From positions 3,151 to 67,150 of the forward strand of contig JAKFXN010000002.1 of the NCBI GenBank assembly GCA_021731405.1: 64,000 bases of DNA. The letters run 5' to 3'. How positions within the stretch are numbered: the stretch's first letter is position 1; each line of letters opens with the position of its first letter. This document shows, piece after piece, positions 40,479 to 48,522 of this stretch. Position numbers and translations under genes: made by a program. Source of the stretch: Candidatus Parcubacteria bacterium (lineage in GTDB: Bacteria > Patescibacteriota > Minisyncoccia > Phycocordibacterales > UBA918). A model generated the notes under the pieces. That model was not told where the DNA came from. It saw only the letters and a list, made by a program, of their open reading frames with translations, and searched no databases.

Positions 40479-40769
40479 TTAGTGCGGGTCAGTCTTGATT
40501 TTGCGAATGTAGCAGACTCTGCGTCGTAACCAGCGATTTAGGTTGCCTTTAGCCAGTCCAACCGCAGCCGCGACACACATAAGTCGTGGAGTTGGTCCTG
40601 TTTCCAGTACCTTCTCTGGGAATGGTTCATTCGGATGCTGTCCAAAAAATCTTCTGTAACCCCAGAAATTTTCATGAAGCGGGTATTTTTCTGGATCGCT
40701 GTCGTGTTGCTTCACTGCGTCGTAAACAATCTTCCACATTTCTCGCCAGTCCATGAATTCCAACATCAT
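40479..40769 (-). CDS. hypothetical protein
   Basis: 96-aa ORF, Trp-rich (WREMW, FWGYRRFFGQHPNEPFPEK). No recognised family. Confidence 0.4.
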   Translation of the reverse strand: MMLEFMDWREMWKIVYDAVKQHDSDPEKYPLHENFWGYRRFFGQHPNEPFPEKVLETGPTPRLMCVAAAVGLAKGNLNRWLRRRVCYIRKIKTDPH

Positions 40770-40860
40770 ATTCTCCTGATTGTGGGTGGTGCTCCTGTTT
40801 AATAAACTAGCAGAGATTTAAGTATAGGGGAAGACCTTCCAAGGATTTCTTTCTGGTCGC

Positions 40861-40888
40861 AAACAAAAAACGTCCATTTCTGGACGCC
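40861..40888 (-). terminator. rho-independent terminator (minus strand)
   Basis: CGTCCA-tttc-TGGACG hairpin with a T6 run on the minus strand. Terminates something transcribed leftward from the 40.9-41.2 kb non-coding stretch. Confidence 0.55.
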
Positions 40889-41233
40889 TTGTATATTAAT
40901 AAGTTTTTAGATCTATTTCTTTCCTGCCTTTTTTGCAAGCATTTCTTGCTTTGCCTCTAAACGCTTCTTTGTTTTGTGCGGACGTGGCTTCGAGTTCTTC
41001 TTTGGACTCAACGCAATTATTCGTGTCATATGCCCACCAGTATATAGTAATTTTGATTTTAGTTAAGGGGTTGGGGTTGGGTTGGTTTGTGTCGTGGGGC
41101 AGGAGTTTCGGTCTCTACGAGACCAGTATCCCAATTGGCTACACTGATGCGCTTCGCTTTCAATGTAGCTCAATCGGGCTTCGAATCCTGACGTAAGGCG
41201 CGTTTAGTGCCTTACTCCCGGGGAGCTCGCATA

Positions 41234-41266
41234 GAAAAAGCCAGAAACATAGTTTCTGGCTTTTTC
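41234..41266. terminator. bidirectional terminator immediately 3' of tRNA-Asn
   Basis: GCCAGAAAC-atag-TTTCTGGC hairpin flanked by A5 and T5 runs. Confidence 0.7.
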
Positions 41267-41270
41267 TGCG

Positions 41271-41342
41271 CGCTCCCCGGGCAGGATTCGAACCTGCGAC
41301 CAATTGATTAACAGTCAACTGCTCTACCGCTGAGCTACCGAG
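41271..41342 (-). tRNA. tRNA-Asn: tRNA-Asn (anticodon GTT)
   Basis: Hand-folded 72-nt cloverleaf: acceptor stem UCCUCGG/CCGGGGA, D-arm GCUC-AGCGGUA-GAGC, anticodon stem GUUGA/UCAAU with loop CUGUUAA, T-arm GCAGG-UUCGAAU-CCUGC. CCA is not encoded. Confidence 0.8.
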
Positions 41343-41496
41343 GAAGGTATTTTTATCATTATTTAAGGCTGTTTTGGCCTTTATTTCTTGATAGTGGTCA
41401 TATTGTACAGAAATATGGTTAATATTCAACTAGGGGAGTAATACACAGGTGAGCTTTGGTAGGAGACGTAGTATACTTAATGAGTTAAAAGGTTAA

Positions 41497-41808
41497 ATGT
41501 TTCGCATGCTTACACTTTATTATCGAACAACGTGTGCATTTAGTCGCCGTGTAATGGCGGTTGTTGATCGAATGCAACTAGAGGTAGAGTTAAAAAATAT
41601 TGAAGATAGTGACGTGCTCGCAGAGCTCGAAGCTATTGGTGGAATTGCTAAGGTGCCGTACCTCATCGATACCGCACACGCTGTTTCACTTTATGAATCT
41701 GACGCCATTGTTGCTCACCTCCAAACTAAGTACGGCAAAGGCGCAGTTACTGCACCACGACCTCGTGTGCACATTGCGGATAATGTTTGTATTTCTTGCG
41801 AAGGATAG
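41497..41808 (+). CDS. glutaredoxin-like thioredoxin-fold protein (monothiol CxxS)
   Basis: LTLYYRTTCAFSRRV active-site region in Grx/NrdH position. 103 aa. Confidence 0.55.
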   Translation: MFRMLTLYYRTTCAFSRRVMAVVDRMQLEVELKNIEDSDVLAELEAIGGIAKVPYLIDTAHAVSLYESDAIVAHLQTKYGKGAVTAPRPRVHIADNVCISCEG

Positions 41809-41811
41809 TCT

Positions 41812-42045
41812 ATGTATATCAGGGTAGTGGTATACCCAGGTGTGAAGAAAGAAGTAGTCATAAAGAAAGGAGAAGATCGTTTTGAAGTAAGAGTAAAAGA
41901 ACCAGCTGAAAGAAATAGCGCGAACCGCCGAGTCCTTACGTTAATTGCCGAAATATATTCTCGTCCAGTGAGGTCGCTTAAAATAGTTTCGGGGCATCAC
42001 AATCAGCAAAAAATTATCTCAATCGCCGATATAGAAGTTCTATAA
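41812..42045 (+). CDS. DUF167/YggU-family protein
   Basis: 77 aa. The pattern VKEPAERNSANRRVLTLIAEIYSRPVRSLKIVSGHHNQQKII matches UPF0235. Confidence 0.55.
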   Translation: MYIRVVVYPGVKKEVVIKKGEDRFEVRVKEPAERNSANRRVLTLIAEIYSRPVRSLKIVSGHHNQQKIISIADIEVL

Positions 42046-42059
42046 CATTCAAATAATTT

Positions 42060-42425
42060 ATGGCATTTCAAAATATTACTTTCAAGCACACCAACAGTAA
42101 TACCGACAGTCGTATGCACGACTTTGTTACGCAAAAGTTGTCTCCGCTTGTGAAGTATGTAGGGTCAAACGATGAGGTGCGCTGTGAAGTTGAATTTGAA
42201 AGGGAAGCACAACACAAGTCTGGTCTTATCTGCCGAGTTGAAGTAAATGTCTGGGTAGGCGGCACACTGTATCGAGCAGAAAGTGTACAGCAAACATTTG
42301 AGGCTGCCGTGGATGTTGTACGAGACGACCTAGACGAAGAAATGCGAAAGGCGCACAAAAAACGACACAGTTTACTCCGCCGCGGAAGTAGGAAAATTAA
42401 AGACCTGATGCGTTTTGGAAAATAA
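42060..42425 (+). CDS. hpf: ribosome hibernation promoting factor (short HPF/RaiA)
   Basis: MAFQNITFKHTNSNTDSRMHDFVTQKLSPLVKY start, typical of the S30AE family. 121 aa. Terminator follows. Confidence 0.75.
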   Translation: MAFQNITFKHTNSNTDSRMHDFVTQKLSPLVKYVGSNDEVRCEVEFEREAQHKSGLICRVEVNVWVGGTLYRAESVQQTFEAAVDVVRDDLDEEMRKAHKKRHSLLRRGSRKIKDLMRFGK

Positions 42426-42456
42426 AAAATGCCCTTAGGGGCATTTTTTATTTTTT
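42424..42456. terminator. bidirectional terminator between hpf and fmt
   Basis: AATGCCC-tta-GGGCATT hairpin flanked by A and T runs. Confidence 0.65.
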
Positions 42457-43302
42457 GAAATAGGTTTTAAAGTCAGTTTCATTTTTCCCCTCGGGCACTA
42501 TTCGCTTTAGTACGAGTACTCCTTCGGGTGAGAGCTCAGCTTCTTTAATTTTAATACGCTTTCCATTGTAAATAAAGAAAGCTTCTGGCCATCCGTCAAA
42601 GGCACAAATTTTGCGATAGATAGCGCGCGCTTCATCTCCGGAAGGGAGAGAAAATGGATCAAGCGCAAGCTCGGCCATCTCTTTAGTTATTTTGGTACAG
42701 AAGGTGGCTTCCTCGTGGTTTTGGGGCACTGCGGTGAGTGTGCCCTTTGGAAGTTCTTGAATAACATGTGTCAGTAAGTCTCCACAAATAAGACTCATAA
42801 TACGGTCTAGTGTTGTGCCCGAAATTGGCTCATCATAAAGGGGTACGGGCTGCTGAAATAAAATTGGTCCATGGTCCATTTCAGCGTCCATTTGGATAAT
42901 AGTTACTCCAGAAGCAGAAGGGTCGGTAAGGAGCGTGCTTCGAATTGGACTGGCGCCACGCAGCTTCGGAAGTAGAGAAGGATGCGCGTTTATCGTACCG
43001 TACTTCGGTAGATTGATGAGCCACTCTGGCATAATCTTGCCGTACGCAAACACCACAAAAATATCCCATTCCTGACTAGTGAGAGGAATTAGTTCCTCAG
43101 CGTTTTTTAGGCTGGTAGGTTGGAAGACGGGTATGTCACGCTCTGTCGCCCAGAGTTTGGTAGGAGGGGGTGTAATGGTCTGTTTGCGGCCTACAGGGGC
43201 ATCAGGGGTAGTCACTACTAGACTTGGCAGCACACCAAAAGTTTCCATTTCAGAAAGAGCGGTAACGGCTAAATCTGGAGTACCAAAAAAAGCTATTTTC
43301 AT
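42448..43302 (-). CDS. fmt: methionyl-tRNA formyltransferase
   Basis: MKIAFFGTPDLAV N-terminus, formyltransferase core. 4-nt overlap with def. Confidence 0.9.
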   Translation of the reverse strand: MKIAFFGTPDLAVTALSEMETFGVLPSLVVTTPDAPVGRKQTITPPPTKLWATERDIPVFQPTSLKNAEELIPLTSQEWDIFVVFAYGKIMPEWLINLPKYGTINAHPSLLPKLRGASPIRSTLLTDPSASGVTIIQMDAEMDHGPILFQQPVPLYDEPISGTTLDRIMSLICGDLLTHVIQELPKGTLTAVPQNHEEATFCTKITKEMAELALDPFSLPSGDEARAIYRKICAFDGWPEAFFIYNGKRIKIKEAELSPEGVLVLKRIVPEGKNETDFKTYFKK

Positions 43303-43832
43303 GTAAGAGGAGCTTCTCTTTTTTCGTCACCCTTCATCTCATCTTTTGTCCAGACTTTTTCAGCACGGTCAGTAAACAAAATTCCATCAAGGTGATCATT
43401 TTCATGTTGGATGATTTGCGCCAAGAGTCCACCAGCCCCGCGAGTATACGCTACGCCATTTTCATCAGTAGCTGTCAGGGTCACATTGGTTGAGCGGCGG
43501 ACGAGTCCGTACTGGTCGGGAATTGAGAGACAGCCTTCACCAACAACATGCGTCTTCTTTGAAAACTTGGTGATTTTTGGATTGACCGCAATCACGGTTG
43601 GGATTCGATCGCTATCAGAGCTCTGGTCTTCGATAATAAACATTCGTTTACTCATCCCGATTTGTGGTGCGGCAATAGCGACAGCAGTAAAACCATCTAC
43701 TTTGTAAGTTTTGATAGCTTGTCTCAGGTCTTTGAGTACCTTAGTGACGGTACCATCAGCAAATTCCTCCGCGGTAAATTCTTCCGCGATGGTGTGGAGG
43801 GCTGGGTGGTTTTCTGGTACGAGTTTTGCCAT
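43299..43832 (-). CDS. def: peptide deformylase
   Basis: Motifs AIAAPQIG, EGCLSIP and HENDHLDG. Confidence 0.9.
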   Translation of the reverse strand: MAKLVPENHPALHTIAEEFTAEEFADGTVTKVLKDLRQAIKTYKVDGFTAVAIAAPQIGMSKRMFIIEDQSSDSDRIPTVIAVNPKITKFSKKTHVVGEGCLSIPDQYGLVRRSTNVTLTATDENGVAYTRGAGGLLAQIIQHENDHLDGILFTDRAEKVWTKDEMKGDEKREAPLT

Positions 43833-43868
43833 ATCTTTAATTATAGCAAATTAGCATACCTCCTTACA

Positions 43869-45764
43869 TTACACAATTCGGTTTGGGTCAATTTCAATGC
43901 GTATAAAAGGAGGGAGGTTCTTTAACGTTCGAACAAACTCAACCCTATTTTTAGCTTTACTATCGACCTTAAACAGGGCATGTCGCAGTATCTTAGCATC
44001 AGTTGAGCTGGGGTTGCTGTAATAGCTCCCTACAAATGGCTCAGTCATTTTTTTGATTTGTCCCTCTACTTCAAGGACGGTTGTTTTTTCTCCAACCCAG
44101 CTCAGGAGTACAAAACAGCAGAAAGGCGGATATGAAAGTGTTTCGCGAAGCTCAATTTCTTCGTTATAAAATACTTCCAAACTACCATGGATGGCATTTT
44201 GGAGTACCGAGTCAGGAGTGGTCCTTGTTTGGACTAAGACTTGCTGCGAACTCAGTTCGCGCAGTTGTAAAAGTAACCGAAACACATTTTCGTCAGCTCG
44301 CCAGGTAGGATTTGAGCGAGTAGCATCAAGTGAAATAATGGCACTCAGGTCTACTCCTTGCAGAGTCAGGTATGGAATAGCCATCTGGGTACCTACGAGG
44401 ATAGCTCCACGGGTAGTGTAAAAATCATCAATAATCTTTTTGGCTTTTTTCCGTGTTGACCCAGTGACGTGGTCTAACAGAAAAACGCGATGATCTTTAA
44501 AGTGTAAGACGGCTTCGTCGTAGACCTGTTGTATACCAATACCGCGTGGGCGAAGGCGCCACGAACCGCAGTCGGGACAAGTGTCTGCTGCTCGTATCTT
44601 TTTCCCCGAAGTACTTGAAACAAACCACCGTTCCTCGTTGCCTGTCTTTGAGACTGTTTTAACTAAAGAGTACGGGGTCTCGGAGTCAGGGCAGCGAAAA
44701 ATGTACCCACAATCAATGCACGTAACAACAGGTGCAATACCTCTACGAGCACCATACATATAGACTCTGCCTTTGGCATCAAGTACATTTTGCGCCCGAG
44801 CTTTAAGTTCTTTTGAAAAGAGAGAAAAAGGAGCTTCGGGGGTAGATTTATCATGCTGTTCAATGATGGTGAGTGGGGAAGCAAAAGAGATGCGCTTAGT
44901 TTCTTCGTTGTAGGTGCTAAATTGCTCGGCTCGACGTTTATACTCATCTTCAGTTTTTGGTAAGATGTCACCGAGCAAAATACTCCGCCCTGTTACTTTG
45001 GCGTAGGTTTCAAGTACAACACGGTGGTCGAGATATGGTCTGTTTGGGCTGCGATAAAAATCCGAGGCAGAGTTTTCAATGATTATCGAAAGTAAATCAA
45101 CTCTATCAAGATAGGCGTGTGAGGGGGTGGTGATGATAAGTTTGGCGAGACTGGTGTCTTCATATGAAGCGTACGCTTTTTGTCGCTGTGATTTTACCTG
45201 TGCTGGGGAAAATACCACCACCCTATCTTCAATCCCTTGTGACAGGTGTTTCTGTGCATACTCAACGTCAGCACTTGTGGGTACCACAAATACTACAGAG
45301 CCGCGGCGTGCAAGCACTCCTCGGATATGGCTCCGATAGGCAACGTACCTATCTTTCATCGCTGCAGTCAGTAGTTGTGGAATAGTGTCTTCATTGTGAA
45401 CGAGTGAGGAGACCAGTGGATACAGGTATTGTCCTGTTCGAACATCAGTCGGAAGGAGTTGATACAAAATGGCTCCGATAGACGCTGGATACACTTCTGT
45501 TAATTTTGTGGCCGTGTCGCTGATGTTTTTTGGGACGGCGGTATTTGGTGTTTGCTCTGGTAGTTTACGTAAGGTAAAAGAAGCGTTTTTAAGTGAAGTT
45601 TTGTTGTGGGCAACCGGTGTCACTTCTGTCACCACCGCTTTGTGTTCTTTGCCGCGAATTGGGATTGAAAGGAAGGAGCCGATTCCGTACTCCACACTAC
45701 TAAAGTAAGATAACGTGTCGATTTTAGTGCCACGAATAAGTGGAATAACCTGAATGACAAACAT
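43869..45764 (-). CDS. priA: primosomal protein N' (replication restart helicase)
   Basis: N-terminal 3' DNA-binding domain, a superfamily-2 helicase core, and the PriA Cys-rich zinc region CIDCGYIF...CPDCGS. Confidence 0.85.
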   Translation of the reverse strand: MFVIQVIPLIRGTKIDTLSYFSSVEYGIGSFLSIPIRGKEHKAVVTEVTPVAHNKTSLKNASFTLRKLPEQTPNTAVPKNISDTATKLTEVYPASIGAILYQLLPTDVRTGQYLYPLVSSLVHNEDTIPQLLTAAMKDRYVAYRSHIRGVLARRGSVVFVVPTSADVEYAQKHLSQGIEDRVVVFSPAQVKSQRQKAYASYEDTSLAKLIITTPSHAYLDRVDLLSIIIENSASDFYRSPNRPYLDHRVVLETYAKVTGRSILLGDILPKTEDEYKRRAEQFSTYNEETKRISFASPLTIIEQHDKSTPEAPFSLFSKELKARAQNVLDAKGRVYMYGARRGIAPVVTCIDCGYIFRCPDSETPYSLVKTVSKTGNEERWFVSSTSGKKIRAADTCPDCGSWRLRPRGIGIQQVYDEAVLHFKDHRVFLLDHVTGSTRKKAKKIIDDFYTTRGAILVGTQMAIPYLTLQGVDLSAIISLDATRSNPTWRADENVFRLLLQLRELSSQQVLVQTRTTPDSVLQNAIHGSLEVFYNEEIELRETLSYPPFCCFVLLSWVGEKTTVLEVEGQIKKMTEPFVGSYYSNPSSTDAKILRHALFKVDSKAKNRVEFVRTLKNLPPFIRIEIDPNRIV

Positions 45765-45838
45765 GTGGGGCTATTGTAACAGAAGCCGTGCTCTTAAGTC
45801 AGAGTGCAGCTGGCTTCAGCAATAAAAGTTAGGAAAGT

Positions 45839-47338
45839 CTAGAATTCGTCGAGATAAGACACTTTGGCACCAATAGACGAGAGGCGTTCTATGAGTTTTT
45901 CGTAGCCTCGGTTAATACTGTAGATATTGCGAAGAACGCTCTGTCCAGAAGCCGCTAACATGGCGATGAGAAGGATAGTAGCTGGCCGTAAAGCTGGTGG
46001 GCAGATAAGCTCAGTCGCTTTTAGGGCAGTAGGACCGGTGATGTAGATGCGGTGCGGGTCTGCCAAAACTGTCTCAGCACCAAGCTTGTCTAGTTCAGTA
46101 AAATAAATTGCTCGCTTTTCGTATACCCAGTCGTGGATAAGCGTTTGTCCCTCAGCTTGAGTGGCTATGACCGCAAAGAAAGGGAGGTTGTCGATATTGA
46201 GCCCTGGGTACACTGAAGGATGAATTTTTTCATGGAGGGCCTTAAGTTCAGATGGTTTGGTGGTAATATCGACAAGCTTAGTGACTCCATTGTGACTGAA
46301 ATACGGTTTAGATTTTTTGTATTGGAAACCCATCTTTTCTAACTTCAAAAGCTCAAGCTCCAAAAATTCAATCGGACAACGAGTAATGGTGATAGAAGAT
46401 TTGGTCACAATCGCAGCGGCCAAGAAAAACATACTGTCGGTAGGATCTTCTGACAGAGTGTAGGCAACATCTTGGTTAATTTCTGGGAGACCAGTCACGG
46501 TAAGAGTTGTGGTACCAACTCCTTCTATTTGTACCCCAAGTAGTTGAAGGAAAGTACAAACTTCTTGCACCATGTAGTTGGCGGAGGCGTATTTAATAAC
46601 AGTTGTCTTCGGATTTTTGGCTGCCGCAAAAAGAGTGTTTTCTGTCACCGTGTCACCAGACTCGTAGAGAATAATTTCTTCGGGAGAAGTAAAGGTTGTC
46701 TTTACTTCATACGCTTTGTCGGTCGTTTTAATATCAACACCAAAGTTTTGTAATGCATAGAAGTGTGGCATGACGGTTCGACTACCGAGTTTGCATCCAC
46801 CTGACTGTGGGAGACTAAAAGAATTAATCAGATGTATGAGTGGTCCGATAAACATCACAATACTACGAGTTTTTTTGGCAGCCTCAACATCAATTTTATT
46901 AAGGGTAAACTTTTTTGGCGGGGTGATAACCACGCTGTTTGCTTTCCACTCTACTCGCACGCCGATACTTTCGAGTACTTCAATAATTCGATGCACTTCT
47001 TCAATCCGTGGCATGCGATGGAGTGTTGTAGTGCCACGGTTGAGCAAGCTGGCACAGAGAAGCCCAACTGCACCGTTTTTAGAGGTATTTGTCTCGATAG
47101 TTCCCGATAGTTTTTTGCCTCCCTCTATCTGGATATTTACCGTACCAGGGGAGAGGGTAATGAGGTTTTTACCGAGTGCTTGTCCGATGCGTTTTAGCAT
47201 GTCGGCACTCACGTTTTGTTTACCAGACTCAATCCGGGCAATAGCGCTTTGTGTTGTCTTTAATTTTTTTGCTAGGTCAGCCTGAGTAATCCCTTTGGTC
47301 TCGCGCATGTCTGCGATACGGTGTCCGATATTTTGCAT
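45839..47338 (-). CDS. murA: UDP-N-acetylglucosamine 1-carboxyvinyltransferase with N-terminal XRE-family HTH domain
   Basis: Residues 1-60 are an XRE-type HTH (GITQADLAKKLKTTQSAIARIESGKQNVS). These are followed by MurA (GGKKLSGTIETNTSKNGAVGLLCASLL; catalytic-Cys region GGCKLGSR). 499 aa against about 420 for canonical MurA. Confidence 0.85.
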   Translation of the reverse strand: MQNIGHRIADMRETKGITQADLAKKLKTTQSAIARIESGKQNVSADMLKRIGQALGKNLITLSPGTVNIQIEGGKKLSGTIETNTSKNGAVGLLCASLLNRGTTTLHRMPRIEEVHRIIEVLESIGVRVEWKANSVVITPPKKFTLNKIDVEAAKKTRSIVMFIGPLIHLINSFSLPQSGGCKLGSRTVMPHFYALQNFGVDIKTTDKAYEVKTTFTSPEEIILYESGDTVTENTLFAAAKNPKTTVIKYASANYMVQEVCTFLQLLGVQIEGVGTTTLTVTGLPEINQDVAYTLSEDPTDSMFFLAAAIVTKSSITITRCPIEFLELELLKLEKMGFQYKKSKPYFSHNGVTKLVDITTKPSELKALHEKIHPSVYPGLNIDNLPFFAVIATQAEGQTLIHDWVYEKRAIYFTELDKLGAETVLADPHRIYITGPTALKATELICPPALRPATILLIAMLAASGQSVLRNIYSINRGYEKLIERLSSIGAKVSYLDEF

Positions 47339-47417
47339 AATAAACCCAGTATAGCATAGATGCTATACACTAGCCCTTTATTGATTTGTGGAAAAAGAGT
47401 AGTATGTAGGGACATAT

Positions 47418-48434
47418 ATGTTTTGGGATAACCTCACACCAAAGATTGGTATCGACTTAGGTACTACAAGCATCTTGGTGTTTGTGCCAGGGCAAGGCAT
47501 TGTTCTCAATGAGCCTTCCGTTGTTGCAGTATCAGATGACAATCAAGTCTTGGCTGTTGGTGCGGAAGCAAAGCGAATGATTGGACGCACACCAGATAGT
47601 ATTCGCGCTTATCGTCCCATGAAAGACGGAGTTATCGCTGATTACCGCGTGACTGAGGTAATGCTTAGATACTTTTTGCGAAAGGCTCTCAGCCGTTACA
47701 ATATTTTTAAACCAGATGTGATGGTCTCGGTGCCTGCCGGAGTGACATCGACCGAACGACGTGCGGTAGTTGAGGCGACTATTAAAGCGGGCGCGCGAAA
47801 CGCCTATGTGGTGAAAGAACCAATTTTGGCAGCTATTGGCGCCGGGGTACCTATTTATGAACCGCAGGGACACATGATTGTTGATATTGGCGGCGGCACC
47901 ATTGACGTAGCGGTTATTTCTCTTGGCGGTATTGTGGCGGCAAACTCAGTAAAATGTGCAGGTAACCGCATAGACGCGTCGATTATTGATTATGTAAAAA
48001 AGACTCGGAACCTTTCAATTGGCGAGAAGACCGCTGAAGAAATTAAAATAACCGTTGGTTCAGCCTTGCCACTTGAGGAAGAACTTATGATGGAGATTAA
48101 AGGGCGTGATGTGCTTTCTGGATTACCTCGTACTACCGAAATCAGAACCAATGAAGTAGTGCGAGCAATTGGGCGAGAACTCCGAGAAATGGTCAAAGCT
48201 ATTAAAGACGTTTTCCAAGAAACACCACCTGAGCTCGCGGCTGATATTATTGATGGCGGCATTATTATGACAGGCGGAACTTCACAGCTCCGAAATTTTC
48301 CAGAGCTCGTGCGGCGTCGCTCGGGGGTAAAAGCTCATCTGGCAGACCAGGCACTTTTTTGTGTAGCGACCGGTACCGGTATTGCACTTGAGCATCTGGA
48401 TGTCTACAAACGCACTGTTTTGGCCAAGCGCTAA
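47418..48434 (+). CDS. mreB: rod shape-determining protein MreB (paralog 1)
   Basis: Actin-fold phosphate-1 IGIDLGTT, DIGGGTID and adenosine motifs. 338 aa. Confidence 0.9.
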   Translation: MFWDNLTPKIGIDLGTTSILVFVPGQGIVLNEPSVVAVSDDNQVLAVGAEAKRMIGRTPDSIRAYRPMKDGVIADYRVTEVMLRYFLRKALSRYNIFKPDVMVSVPAGVTSTERRAVVEATIKAGARNAYVVKEPILAAIGAGVPIYEPQGHMIVDIGGGTIDVAVISLGGIVAANSVKCAGNRIDASIIDYVKKTRNLSIGEKTAEEIKITVGSALPLEEELMMEIKGRDVLSGLPRTTEIRTNEVVRAIGRELREMVKAIKDVFQETPPELAADIIDGGIIMTGGTSQLRNFPELVRRRSGVKAHLADQALFCVATGTGIALEHLDVYKRTVLAKR

Positions 48435-48522
48435 AAATAAATACCTGGAAGCAAAGCTTTCAGGTATTTTTTAGGGGATTTCAAACCCGTTCTTTCGACA
48501 CGAGTAAGATACAATAAGGGTA

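Noticed and set aside
41166-41226. Possible second tRNA on the plus strand (GTAGCTCAATCGG...GGCTTCGAATCC...CCCGGGGAGC)
   Set aside because: It has D-arm-like and T-arm-like strings but no anticodon arm, and the T-stem does not pair. It cannot be folded into a cloverleaf. Treated as a fragment or coincidence; see the tRNA-Asn locus finding.
40933-41429. ORFs 40933..41196 (+) and 41160..41429 (-)
   Set aside because: The second covers the tRNA-Asn gene and its terminator. The first has junk-like composition across a terminator-bounded non-coding region.
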